64,000 nt of DNA, taken from assembly GCA_036172245.1 (NCBI GenBank), contig JAYWIR010000006.1, positions 5,766,001 to 5,830,000 of the forward strand. Reading direction: 5' to 3'. The translations under genes and the position numbers were made by a program. The stretch is from Raillietiella orientalis (lineage: Eukaryota). Numbering within the stretch: position 1 is the stretch's first letter; each line of letters opens with the position of its first letter. Under the pieces are notes generated by a model. The model worked only from the letters and a program-made list of their open reading frames with translations, ran no database searches and had not been told where the DNA came from. This document shows, one piece after another, positions 50,710-61,838 of the stretch.

Positions 50710-53700
50710 AAATAGGCAGCCCACATCAAAGAGCGGCTCTCGGGGCTGCCATGCCCTTACGGAGAAGCCGCCCGCTGCCAGTCGAGGCGCACCGACTGAG
50801 AAACTTTGGACTATTCTCCGGAGAAACGGAAACCCAGCGTTCGCGCAACCAAGAATCGCCCGCCGCCCACGAGCGCCCGCAGGAGAACACCCTCTCGAGC
50901 GGTTTCCTTGCCAACGACCCCCTCAGGCTCGAGCCACCGATCCAGCGCCAGCTCGACCACTCCACAGGATGGCGATCCCCCATCCCGACACGGGTCCCTC
51001 CGGAACGGCAACAAGCAGCAGGACCGTGGCCTCTGTCAGCTCCACGCTTCGGAGGAAGTCACGCCGCCGCCGCCCAATTCGGAGAGGACCTCGTCCGCGC
51101 AGCGGGACGACTGGCGGACGAATATCCCCCAGAGTGGGGGAGCGCGATCAGTTCCCATCGGGGTCGTGGCACCCGACTAGGAGGACGGGCGCCACCTACT
51201 CGCAGGAGACGTGCGGCGTCGCCAACCTCAAAGCGCTCAACCCATCCCTCTCTCCCCTACCGACGAACGTCTTCGGCGCACAAGGGCGAAATGACCTGAC
51301 CAAGAGCGAAGGATGCCCCAGGCGACTCCCATGGCGGTGGCGCCTGGACTCCCCTACAGATGAGGGTACACTGCAAGCAAGAGTGGAGCCCCAAACAGGG
51401 AAAACTGCGCCCCGCCCCGCCGCAATTCAGGAGAAAACGCGAGCGGGCGAGGCGGCGAAGCGAACGGGAAGCTAGAGAGGCGCAGCCGAAGTGCCAGCGA
51501 GTGACGGGGCAACTTTGCGCCTCGAAGGACGCACTTTATTTCTGTCCAGGTCGAAAGCGACCAATACCCTTTAGGCGGGAGAGTCATCCGCTTAGAAAGT
51601 CCTCTCGAGACGTCCGGCGTCTGCGCGATGGGCAGCGCAGCGAGGGCGGGCCGGCATTCCTGTTCTTCCGAGTCCACTTAGGCGGACTCTAGCAACGGTT
51701 TTGCATGTAGTTGAGGCAAAAGCCGACGGCATTGACATTCGCGGCGGTGAGGGCTCCTGTGGTGCGGTACCTGAACGAGAAGGGCCTCGTCGAGGCTGCA
51801 AGAGAAGAAGGCGTCAGAGAATAGGCAACCTGCGGCCCTCGGCGTCTTACTGCAAACGGGAACGGTATTCGCCTGCGCCGTGACCGGGTTCAGGGAGCCC
51901 CCGCAGAACCTGTCCTGCGGGCAGTTGGCGTTGGCCACCAACATGTTCATCGCTCGCCCACAGGTGATGAACAGGAAGCTGACCTGGCAGTTGGCGACGA
52001 CGGAGTTGGTGAGCGAGTTCATGTTGGCGACGTTCAGGTTAAACCCGCGGGGTGGCATGATGCACTGCGAGAGGCAGATGGAGCAGAAGCCGGCCTCGGT
52101 CCGCACGCAGAAGGTGTAGTCCTGGTTGGCGATCATCGTCAGCCGGCCTGCGATCGGGGCGGTCGCCAGCCAGTTGAACGTTCTGAAGGAGCCACTGATG
52201 CCCGTGAAGTACTGCAGGCAGTTCCGTGGAGCTGGAAACAGCGCATCGCAGCGCCGTCCGTGATGGGGCAAACACTCCAGGACCGCTGGCGACCTCGGTT
52301 CCGCACAGGCAGCGCCTGCTCCTTGGCGTGCCCGTCTACGCGGGACCGCGTCGGCGACTCGCGCGCATCGGTTGCGCGGGTCTGTCCGAGAGCGCGGGGT
52401 GCTCTGCGAGCAGCACCACTAAGCGGCGAAGAGGGATGGCACGTCCCTGGAGCCGGCAACGGGTGCCCGGGACGCCGCACGCTCACCGGAAGCGGCGGCA
52501 TCCTAAGACGACCGCCCCTTGCGCCGCCGCCGCTGCAACTGACGGAGGGAAGGAGCGTCGCATGCGGCGCGCTCCCTCCTGTAGCCATGCGACGGCACCC
52601 GGACGCGAGCAGAACGCGCGATGTCGTCCCCGTGTCGGTCATCCGCTCCCCAGGGAAACGGGAAGGCGTCGGCGCCGGTGCTTAGACGCGCAATGGCCCC
52701 AAACTGCAGCAACCGCACCAGCGGGGACGCGGAAACGCGAAGGAGGCTTTCGCGCTCGCCCCTGGCCCTTCAGCCCTGTACCTGCGTAATCGGCGCCGCA
52801 GGGGATCTGGGACACGAGGATGTTCCATGACCTCGCAGCCGCGTTGGCGGCCGGAGTGGCACCCAGCCGGAAGACCATCTGGATTTCGGTCGACGAGCTC
52901 GGGGAGTCAATGTACACTGGAAAAGAGGGAGGGGGGTCGGGGGTTAGGGCGGCGCGCATGCCGTGAGCAATGTTCCCGCAGGCGCAAGGCCACTTTCCGC
53001 TCTCATCCCGAGAGACCGTGGAGGCTGCCTGCCCCGCGACCTCCCACAGGATTCCGCGCGGGACCAAAGGAACAGAGGCAGGGGCCAACCGCCTGGCGGC
53101 GCGCCCGCGCGGCCCGACAACGGGAGGCTGCAGACCCTGGCTCCTCCCCAGCCTTCCCATGCAAGACCCCGCCCGCGCACGGGCGCCTCTTCCGGGAATC
53201 GTCTCTTCCCGTGGAATCGCTCTCTTCCCCGTCGAATTGTCCGCCGTCCGTTCCCGTCGGTTTCTGCGCGCGTTTCCACGCGCCCGCCGGCAATTGCGGC
53301 GTCCTTGCAGCCGAGCCGGAGACCGCGGGAACCTCTCAGGGTCGAACCATCGCGCTCCTCAGCTTGGCGTGTGTGACGGCAGGAGGCTTCCCGGTGATGC
53401 AAAGGCGAGAGTCGGGGAACGCTGCCGTCTTGAGCGGCCCACTCGGTTCGCCCCCACCTGGACGCTGGGCATTGGCCACGCGACTCAGCCGGTGACCGAG
53501 CCGTGAGCCGTCGTGCGGGAGGCTGCCCGCCTGCTGTTAGCGGGCGCGGTGCGCGGTTGCCGCGGCAATGGAGCTCGTCGGCGCTCCTTTCCGAGCATGG
53601 CGGAATTGGGTCGTCATGCCCCCTCCCCCCCCCCCGGAGGCCTCTTCGTTGCCGCTCGCGGCGAGGCGGCCGTCTTCCCGTTGGACCCCTCTGCTGGCTG

Positions 53701-55730
53701 GCAGCCGTCGACGCTGCTGACGAGCCCGCTGACGGCCCCTGACGCTGCGTCGAAACCCCGTTGCCGGATGGGGCTTAGAGGACCGGTAGGGCGTCGCCTC
53801 CGTCTTCTCTTCCCCGAGGGGGTGGACGAACGTCTTCCCTGGGGAGGAACGCCAACTCGCCCACCGCGAAGACCCGTAGGCACCTTCGCAGGGTTCGGGG
53901 GGCCGTAAGGATCCCTCCCCGCGCGCGCGCGACTCACTGTGCTGGTCGGTGTTGGTGCCGCATATCACCGGGATGTTCGTAGCCGATGACCCCGCGGACG
54001 TGACCGTGAAGGTATCCACGTCGCATATGCCAGTGGTGCTGACCTGGTTGAGGACGAAGTCGGCGAAGAACAGCCTGGCCGGGAGAGATGAGTGTGCGCG
54101 GGGTGAAAGGAGCGTTGGCCCCCCGGGAAAGCTCTCGGCCGCGAGGAAGGAGGAGAGGGTCGGAGGAGGCGCGCTGCCGTTACCGGAACTGGCAGATGTT
54201 GGGGTTGGCCTTGACGGCTGTGTACTGGCAGGTGCCCTGGACGATGGACTGAGGAGAACTCCGGAAGTAGGTGTTATTGAAGGACGACCTCTGAGAGCAC
54301 TGCGTGCGCACCACTGGGGGTATGGTGCTCCGGTGCACCGTCTGCCCGCGGACGCTGATCCCGCGCCTTACCTGTGCAGCAGGTGCCCAGGTTGAGGGTG
54401 CACGTTCCGAGCGGGGTGCCCCCGATGGAAGCGCACTCGGCGGCCGACACGCAGGTGCCGTTGACGTTGCCCGCCATGCACGGGGACCGCGGGAAGGACA
54501 GCAGCGTCAGCATGGAAACTGCAACGGGGAGTTCGGTGGCGTCGGAGGAGAAGGGGGAGAAGGGGGAGAAGGGGGGCACGGTTTCCGCGCGTCCGGGGCG
54601 GCGGCGGCGGGCGAGCCCGGGGCTTCCGCACCACGCGGAGCCGTGGGGCCTAATTACCACGCCGCCACCGTCACCGCTTCTCCGGGCGGGCGGAAAGCGC
54701 CACCGCCTCCGTCGCCGCCAAGCGAAAGGAACTCACGCGATCTGCCCGTGGCGATGTCGGAGGTGCTGTTGGATGCCGCTGCTGCCACGGCGAAGAGCAG
54801 GGCTACGGCGATCATGGCTCCGGCGATAACACTTCCACTGCCCATTGTGTGGGGTCGGCTTTTTTGTGCCTGCTTATCACGACAGCCCGGGGGCAACTCG
54901 GCTTGACCCTTTTCTAACTCGGCGATCCACTCTTGGGCGCACGCGCGCCGGACGCGGCCACGTCGGCCCGACCGCCTGCCGGCCCTGACGCGTGCAAGCG
55001 CCAGCATTGGCTCCCGTCCTTCCCTGCCCTTGCTCGAGAGCCACTTCCGACCACCGCCGTCTGCAAGGAGCTATCACTTCTCGAGGTCAGCGTCCCCGTG
55101 GACCGATCCAGGCAGCGGAGAGTACACAGCTCCTTGCCGTCATCCCGAGCACGAGCGCCGGCGCATCCCTGCGAGGGCCCAGGAAAGAAGAAGAGGGACA
55201 GGGGGGAGCGGAGGACCCCGGTCCGAGGGAGGAAGACTTTCTCCCGACCACGCGCTTCCCTCCGCGATGACGTCGCGGCTGCTCGTCCTCGGAAGGTCAG
55301 TGGCTCCCCTGCGCGGCAGAACGAGAACGGGTGGCGCTGGTGGTGCGTGCGCGCGCATGCCAGGTTGGCTTAACGCGCCCGCTCGCCGCGGGCGGGCACG
55401 CGCCGCACCTTCCATGTCCTCCGCAGAGAAGTATGCGGGGAGGGTCGCTAGTGGGCAGCCCTGGGTGGAGGTCGGCGCGTTGCCCACCCATGGGCAAGGG
55501 CGACCAAGAGCCCCGCTCGCTCGGAGGCGGCAGCAGAGCCTTCGCGGAAACCTGTATGCCGGAGGGGAGCAGCGCCGCGGGGCACCCACGCCAAGTCCCG
55601 CTAGCTCGGAAGGGTGGACGGCCCACCGTTGGAAGGAGGCGGGGCGCGAAAGCCGTGGCCATCCGTCCGAAAGAGCGGCCTCCTTTCCAGGGGCGCCTAG
55701 GGAGGGATTTTAAGGGACAACCCTTAAAAT
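50710..55730 (-). repeat. Left arm of a large inverted duplication; a further 30-bp piece of this arm lies at 56441-56470
   Basis: Reverse complement of 57640-~62660. Mirror coordinates sum to 113373 or 113382 on either side of a 9-bp indel, and mirrored ORF pairs recur in the ORF track. The outer boundary is fuzzy. Confidence 0.95.
51689..54845 (-). CDS. Secreted Cys-rich CUB-like domain protein, copy A, 381 aa. Exons 54845-54737, 54518-54372, 54313-54184, 54074-53938, 52916-52782, 52231-51851, 51795-51689.
   Basis: Mirror copy of 58537-61684 with intact splice sites and frame. AATAAA on the minus strand at 51540-51535. Confidence 0.88.
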
Positions 55731-55732
55731 CC

Positions 55733-55946
55733 GTCGTCACGGTCTCCAGTGACCCCCTTCAGGGTTTGGCTCGTCAAGGCCTCCAGTGACCTCTTCGGAG
55801 TTTCGGCCATGAGGAATTTCAGTGACCTCATTAGGGTTCGAGTCGTCAGGGCCTCCAGTGACTCCTTTAGAGCTGGAGTCGCTAGGATTACCAGTGACCC
55901 TTCCAGTGCTGAGGTCGTGAGGGCTTCCAGTGACTTCGGGCTTTAG
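55733..55946 (-). repeat. Degenerate 36-bp tandem repeat, about 6 units, reading as 12-aa VTGxPxDxxxxE-like repeats on the minus strand
   Basis: The anchor cagtgac recurs with its a at 55748, 55785, 55821, 55857, 55893 and 55929 (spacings 37, 36, 36, 36, 36). Confidence 0.85.
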
Positions 55947-56850
55947 CGGTCTCCGTGCACGCCGGAGAAACAAGGACAGAGGAGGAGGTGGCGCTTCCAC
56001 GGCGCGCCCTACGGCACTCAGTAGCCGCGAGTGCGACCATCTGGTCAGCTGGAGATCAGTTTGAAGTCTCGCTGAGGTCCATCCTGCGTCGACGCCACCT
56101 TCACACCCGGAGGGGTTTCCTGGGAACAGGAAATTCGCTACCCGGAAGGGACGGCAAAGGGTCGTCATGCGGCGGCTCTTTCGGCACGGGGAGCGCCCAC
56201 CTGCCGTCATCCCGTTGCTCGCGTGCGCGATTTCAAGGTCACCAGAGACTCCTACGCGCAGCTCCGCCGTGGCGCCCTACTTTCCGTCCGCCTTCCGGAG
56301 CACCTCCTGCAGCCGCAGCCTAGGCTCCATCTTCGGCACCAGGAGTGGGCGCTCCAAGCGAGTTCAACTCTCCTGCCGCAAATACGTCGCCCTGCACGCG
56401 CGAGGAGCGCCCTCCGGAGAGCGGGAAGCGTCACGCGCGCGGACACACGCCCACCAAAGGCGCCAGCGCCGCGTATACGCCGCGAACGTGCCACTATCTT
56501 TCGGCTCTTTCACGCGCGCTTAGACGGCGCAGTCCATGCGTTCGCCTCTACAGCGGTCACCAGGAGGCGCTCGCAGGAGTTCGTCTCGGCCAGGTCGCCC
56601 GCGCGCAAGGAGGGAAGGACCCGGCGTTGCGCGCGGCCCGGGGTCATAGCGCCGATGTGATGCGTCCTCGCTCGTTGCAGCCGCCGTTGGGTAGGACTGT
56701 GCTCTCCCCACGCACGCATCGCCCGGGCCAGCGAGCGCTCTGAGGCCAGGGGTGCTCCTGCCGAGGGGCACGGAGCAGCGCTAACAGTGCATGGGCGCAG
56801 GAGCCCGCTCGATGCGGTAGCAGGTCGTATCGCTCGCCCACTTTCGCGGG

Positions 56851-57606
56851 CGCAGAGGTGCCACTGACCTTCCGAGGAAGAGATGCAGTGACGTCATCGC
56901 GGATGGAACCGCGGGGGCGTTAGAGAGTCTTCCTAACTCGGACTCGGGTCCTCCGCTTCCCCTCCTCTCTCTTCTTCCCTGCGTCCATGAAATGCGCCTG
57001 CCATGAATCCAGAGAACGCGGGAGGGGGGTCCGGGATGACAGGAAGGAGCGGCCAGCTCCGTGACTCGAATCGGTGAACCCCGCTGCTGACCTCGAGAAA
57101 GGGGAACGCCGCGGACATGGCGGGGACCGACCAAAACGGCGAACAAAGCGGGCAAGGCGGAAGGCATCGCCAGGAGGGGATCGTTGCCGCCGCAACCGCC
57201 ACCGCGGGCAAGGGCGCGGCGGGTGCGCCGACCGCGCGCGCACGCGCGGGAGCCGGCAACTAGGCAGCTCCCAGCTCGGTTGCCGTCTGTCATGTGGCCA
57301 CGCCCAGCATCCAGGTGGCGGGCAACCCAAGGCAGCCACACTCCCCGGCCCGCTGCCTTCGCACCACTCGGGAGTCTTTCGGAGGCATCCGTGGGATGGC
57401 GACAGGAGCTGTCACTCGCCCCAAGCCGAGAGTCGCGATGGTTCGACACTGACATGTTTCCGAAGTCTCCAGGGCGTGGTTGCAAGGGCATGGAAGCACA
57501 GGTGATGCCAAGCGCGCAGACGCCGGATGTCTCGAGAGGGCGCTGGAAGCCGACGACTCTCCCCGCATGAAGGGCAGGAGTTGCCTCCGACCTGGTCGGG
57601 AATAAA
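56851..57606 (+). pseudogene. Exon-less relic of a third CUB-like gene copy (upstream region, intron-4 fragment and 3'UTR/polyA)
   Basis: Three colinear similarity blocks of about 65-75%: 56851-57099 matches 58069-58304; 57184-57487 matches 59805-60070; 57513-57606 matches 61746-61838, including AATAAA. Confidence 0.7.
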
Positions 57607-58082
57607 CAGGCGCTGGCGTCTTTGGTGGGCGTGTGTCCCATTTTAAGGGTTGTCCCTTAAAATCCCTCCCTAGGCGCCCCTGGAAAGGAGGCCGCTCTTT
57701 CGGACGGATGGCCACGGCTTTCGCGCCCCGCCTCCTTCCAACGGTGGGCCGTCCACCCTTCCGAGCTAGCGGGACTTGGCGTGGGTGCCCCGCGGCGCTG
57801 CTCCCCTCCGGCATACAGGTTTCCGCGAAGGCTCTGCTGCCGCCTCCGAGCGAGCGGGGCTCTTGGTCGCCCTTGCCCATGGGCAGCGCGCCGACCTCCA
57901 CCCAGGGCTGCCCACTAGCGACCCTCCCCGCATACTTCTCTGCGGAGGACAGGGAAGGTGCGGCGCAGGCGGAGGGCGGCGCGTGCCCGCCCGCGGCGAG
58001 CGGGCGCGTTAAGCCTCCCTGGCATGCGCGCGCGCGCACCACCAGCGCCACCCGTTCTCGTTCTGCCGCGCAGGGGAGCCAC

Positions 58083-58298
58083 TGACCTTCCGAGGACGAG
58101 CAGCCGTGACGTCATCGCGGAGGGAAGCGCGTGGTCGGGAGAAAGTCTTCCTCCCTCGGACCGGGGTCCTCCGCTCCCCCCTGTCCCTCTTCTTCTTTCC
58201 TGGGCCCTCGCAGGGATGCGCCGGCGCTCGTGCTCGGGATGACGGCAAGGAGCTGTGTACTCTCCGCTGCCTGGATCGGTCCACGGGGATGCTGACCT
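58083..58298 (+). promoter_or_regulatory. Putative upstream regulatory module of the CUB-like gene: CRE TGACGTCA at 58107-58114 and nuclear-receptor half-sites TGACCT at 58083 and 58293
   Basis: The motifs are preserved in the diverged relic copy (56865, 56889, 57088) while the surrounding bases differ. Confidence 0.35.
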
Positions 58299-58536
58299 CG
58301 AGAAGTGATAGCTCCTTGCAGACGGCGGTGGTCGGACGTGGCTCTCGAGCAAGGGCAGGGAAGGACGGGAGCCGATGCTGGCGCTCGCACGCGTCAGGGC
58401 CGGCAGGCGGTCGGGCCGACGTGGCCGCGTCCGGCGCGCGTGCGCCCAAGAGTGGATCGCCGAGCTAGAAAAGGGTCAAGCCGAGTTGCCCCCGGGCTAT
58501 CGTGATAAGCAGGCACAAAAAAGCCGACCCCACACA

Positions 58537-61500
58537 ATGGGCAGTGGAAGTGTCATCGCCGGAGCCATGATCGCCGTAGCCCTGCTCTTCGCCGTGGCAG
58601 CAGCGGCGCCCAACAGCACCTCCGACATCGCCACGGGCAGATCGCGTGAGTTCCTTTCGCTTGGCGGCGACGGAGGCGGTGGCGCCTTCCGCCCGCCCGG
58701 AGAAGCGGTGACGGTGGCGGCGTGGTAATTAGGCCCCACGGCTCCGCGTGGTGCGGAAGCCCCGGGCTCGCCCGCCGCCGCCGCCCCGGACGCGCGGAAA
58801 CCGTGCCCCCCTCCTCCCCCTTCTCCTCCGACGCCACCGAACTCCCCGTTGCAGTTTCCATGCTGACGCTGCTGTCCTTCCCGCGGTCCCCGTGCATGGC
58901 GGGCAACGTCAACGGTACCTGCGTGTCGGCCGCCGAGTGCGCTTCCATCGGGGGCACCCGGCTCGGACCGTGCGCCCTCAACCTGGGCACCTGCTGCACA
59001 GGTAAGGCGCGGGATCAGCGCCCGCGGGCAGACGGTGCACCGGAGCACCATACCCCCAGTGGTGCGCACGCAGTGCTCTCAGAGGTCGTCCTTCAACAAC
59101 ACCTACTTCCGGAGTTCTCCTCAGTCCATCGTCCAGGGCACCTGCCAGTACACAGTCGTCAAGGCCAACACCAACATCTGCCAGTTCCGGTAACGGCAGC
59201 GCGCCTCCTCCGACCCGCTCCTCCTTCCTCGCGGCCGAGAGCTTTCCCGGGGGGCCAACGCTCCTTTCACCCCGCGCACGCTCATCTCTCCCGGCCAGGC
59301 TGTTCTTCGCCGACTTCGTCCTCAACCAGGTCAGCACCACGGGCATATGCGACGTGGATACCTTCACGGTCACGTCCGCGGGGTCATCGGCTACGAACAT
59401 CCCGGTGATATGCGGCACCAATACCGACCAGCACAGTGAGTCGCGCGCGCGCGGGGAGGCATCCCTACGGCCCCCCGAACCCTGCGAAGGTGCCTACGGG
59501 TCTTCGCGGTGGGCGAGTCGGCGTTCCTCCCCAGGCAAGACGTTCGTCCACTCCCTCGGGGAAGAGAAGACGGAGGCGACGCCCTACCGGTCCTCTAAGC
59601 CCCATCCGGCAACGGGGTTTCGACGCAGCGTCAGGGGCCGTCAGCGGGCTCGTCAGCAGCGTCGACGGCTGCCAGCCAGCAGAGGGGTCCAACGGGAAGA
59701 CGGCCGCCTCGCCGCGAGCGGCAACGAAGAGGCCTCCGGGGGGGGGGGAGGGGGCATGACGACCCAATTCCGCCATGCTCGGAAAGGAGCGCCGACGAGC
59801 TCCATTGCCGCGGCAACCGCGCACCGCGCCCGCTAACAGCAGGCGGGCAGCCTCCCGCACGACGGCTCACGGCTCGGTCACCGGCTGAGTCGCGTGGCCA
59901 ATGCCCAGCGTCCAGGTGGGGGCGAACCGAGTGGGCCGCTCAAGACGGCAGCGTTCCCCGACTCTCGCCTTTGCATCACCGGGAAGCCTCCTGCCGTCAC
60001 ACACGCCAAGCTGAGGAGCGCGATGGTTCGACCCTGAGAGGTTCCCGCGGTCTCCGGCTCGGCTGCAAGGACGCCGCAATCGCCGGCGGGCGCGTGGAAA
60101 CGCGCGCAGAAACCGACGGGAACGGACGGCGGACAATTCGACGGGGAAGAGAGCGATTCCACGGGAAGAGACGATTCCCGGAAGAGGCGCCCGTGCGCGG
60201 GCGGGGTCTTGCATGGGAAGGCTGGGGAGGAGCCAGGGTCTGCAGCCTCCCGTTGTCGGGCCGCGCGGGCGCGCCGCCAGGCGGTTGGCCCCTGCCTCTG
60301 TTCCTTTGGTCCCGCGCGGAATCCTGTGGGAGGTCGCGGGGCAGGCAGCCTCCACGGTCTCTCGGGATGAGAGCGGAAAGTGGCCTTGCGCCTGCGGGAA
60401 CATTGCTCACGGCATGCGCGCCGCCCTAACCCCCGACCCCCCTCCCTCTTTTCCAGTGTACATTGACTCCCCGAGCTCGTCGACCGAAATCCAGATGGTC
60501 TTCCGGCTGGGTGCCACTCCGGCCGCCAACGCGGCTGCGAGGTCATGGAACATCCTCGTGTCCCAGATCCCCTGCGGCGCCGATTACGCAGGTACAGGGC
60601 TGAAGGGCCAGGGGCGAGCGCGAAAGCCTCCTTCGCGTTTCCGCGTCCCCGCTGGTGCGGTTGCTGCAGTTTGGGGCCATTGCGCGTCTAAGCACCGGCG
60701 CCGACGCCTTCCCGTTTCCCTGGGGAGCGGATGACCGACACGGGGACGACATCGCGCGTTCTGCTCGCGTCCGGGTGCCGTCGCATGGCTACAGGAGGGA
60801 GCGCGCCGCATGCGACGCTCCTTCCCTCCGTCAGTTGCAGCGGCGGCGGCGCAAGGGGCGGTCGTCTTAGGATGCCGCCGCTTCCGGTGAGCGTGCGGCG
60901 TCCCGGGCACCCGTTGCCGGCTCCAGGGACGTGCCATCCCTCTTCGCCGCTTAGTGGTGCTGCTCGCAGAGCACCCCGCGCTCTCGGACAGACCCGCGCA
61001 ACCGATGCGCGCGAGTCGCCGACGCGGTCCCGCGTAGACGGGCACGCCAAGGAGCAGGCGCTGCCTGTGCGGAACCGAGGTCGCCAGCGGTCCTGGAGTG
61101 TTTGCCCCATCACGGACGGCGCTGCGATGCGCTGTTTCCAGCTCCACGGAACTGCCTGCAGTACTTCACGGGCATCAGTGGCTCCTTCAGAACGTTCAAC
61201 TGGCTGGCGACCGCCCCGATCGCAGGCCGGCTGACGATGATCGCCAACCAGGACTACACCTTCTGCGTGCGGACCGAGGCCGGCTTCTGCTCCATCTGCC
61301 TCTCGCAGTGCATCATGCCACCCCGCGGGTTTAACCTGAACGTCGCCAACATGAACTCGCTCACCAACTCCGTCGTCGCCAACTGCCAGGTCAGCTTCCT
61401 GTTCATCACCTGTGGGCGAGCGATGAACATGTTGGTGGCCAACGCCAACTGCCCGCAGGACAGGTTCTGCGGGGGCTCCCTGAACCCGGTCACGGCGCAG

Positions 61501-61684
61501 GCGAATACCGTTCCCGTTTGCAGTAAGACGCCGAGGGCCGCAGGTTGCCCATTCTCTGACGGCTTCTTCTCTTGCAGCCTCGACGAGGCCCTTCTCGTTC
61601 AGGTACCGCACCACAGGAGCCCTCACCGCCGGGAATGTCAATGCCGTCGGCTTTTGCCTCAACTACATGCAAAACCGTTGCTAG
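58537..61684 (+). CDS. Secreted Cys-rich CUB-like domain protein, copy B, 381 aa. Exons 58537-58645, 58855-59001, 59060-59189, 59299-59435, 60457-60591, 61142-61522, 61578-61684.
   Basis: Signal peptide (MIAVALLFAVAAAA) followed by LSFPRSPC...NGTCVSAAEC...G...G.C...LGTCC, NNTYF, NICQFR|LFFADF, C..DTF, PVICGTNTDQH|MYID, RSWNILVSQIPC, APRNCLQYFTG, NQDYTFCVRTEAGFCSI, DRFCGGSL, GFCLNYMQNRC*. This is the motif order of the widespread uncharacterised arthropod CUB-domain family. GT-AG phases are consistent (1146 nt). Confidence 0.9.
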
Positions 61685-61832
61685 AGTCCGCCTAAGTGGA
61701 CTCGGAAGAACAGGAATGCCGGCCCGCCCTCGCTGCGCTGCCCATCGCGCAGACGCCGGACGTCTCGAGAGGACTTTCTAAGCGGATGACTCTCCTGCCT
61801 GAAGGGTAGAGGTCGCTTTCGACCTGGACAGG

Positions 61833-61838
61833 AATAAA
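61833..61838 (+). terminator. Polyadenylation signal AATAAA of CUB-like copy B
   Basis: About 150 nt after the stop codon; conserved in copy A and in the relic (57601-57606). Confidence 0.6.

Noticed and set aside
50109..50729. Hydrophobic minus-strand ORF pieces resembling a membrane protein
   Set aside because: The hydrophobic stretches are scattered over three frames with no family motif or splice structure.
55733..55946. 36-bp periodicity as a possible CRISPR array
   Set aside because: The units are contiguous degenerate tandem copies without unique spacers, there are no cas genes, and the context is eukaryotic.
56441..57638. 30-bp inverted pair as TIRs of a Pack-type transposon enclosing the relic
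   Set aside because: No target-site duplication, and the right copy directly abuts the large arm, so it is more simply a continuation of the inverted duplication. Not fully excluded.
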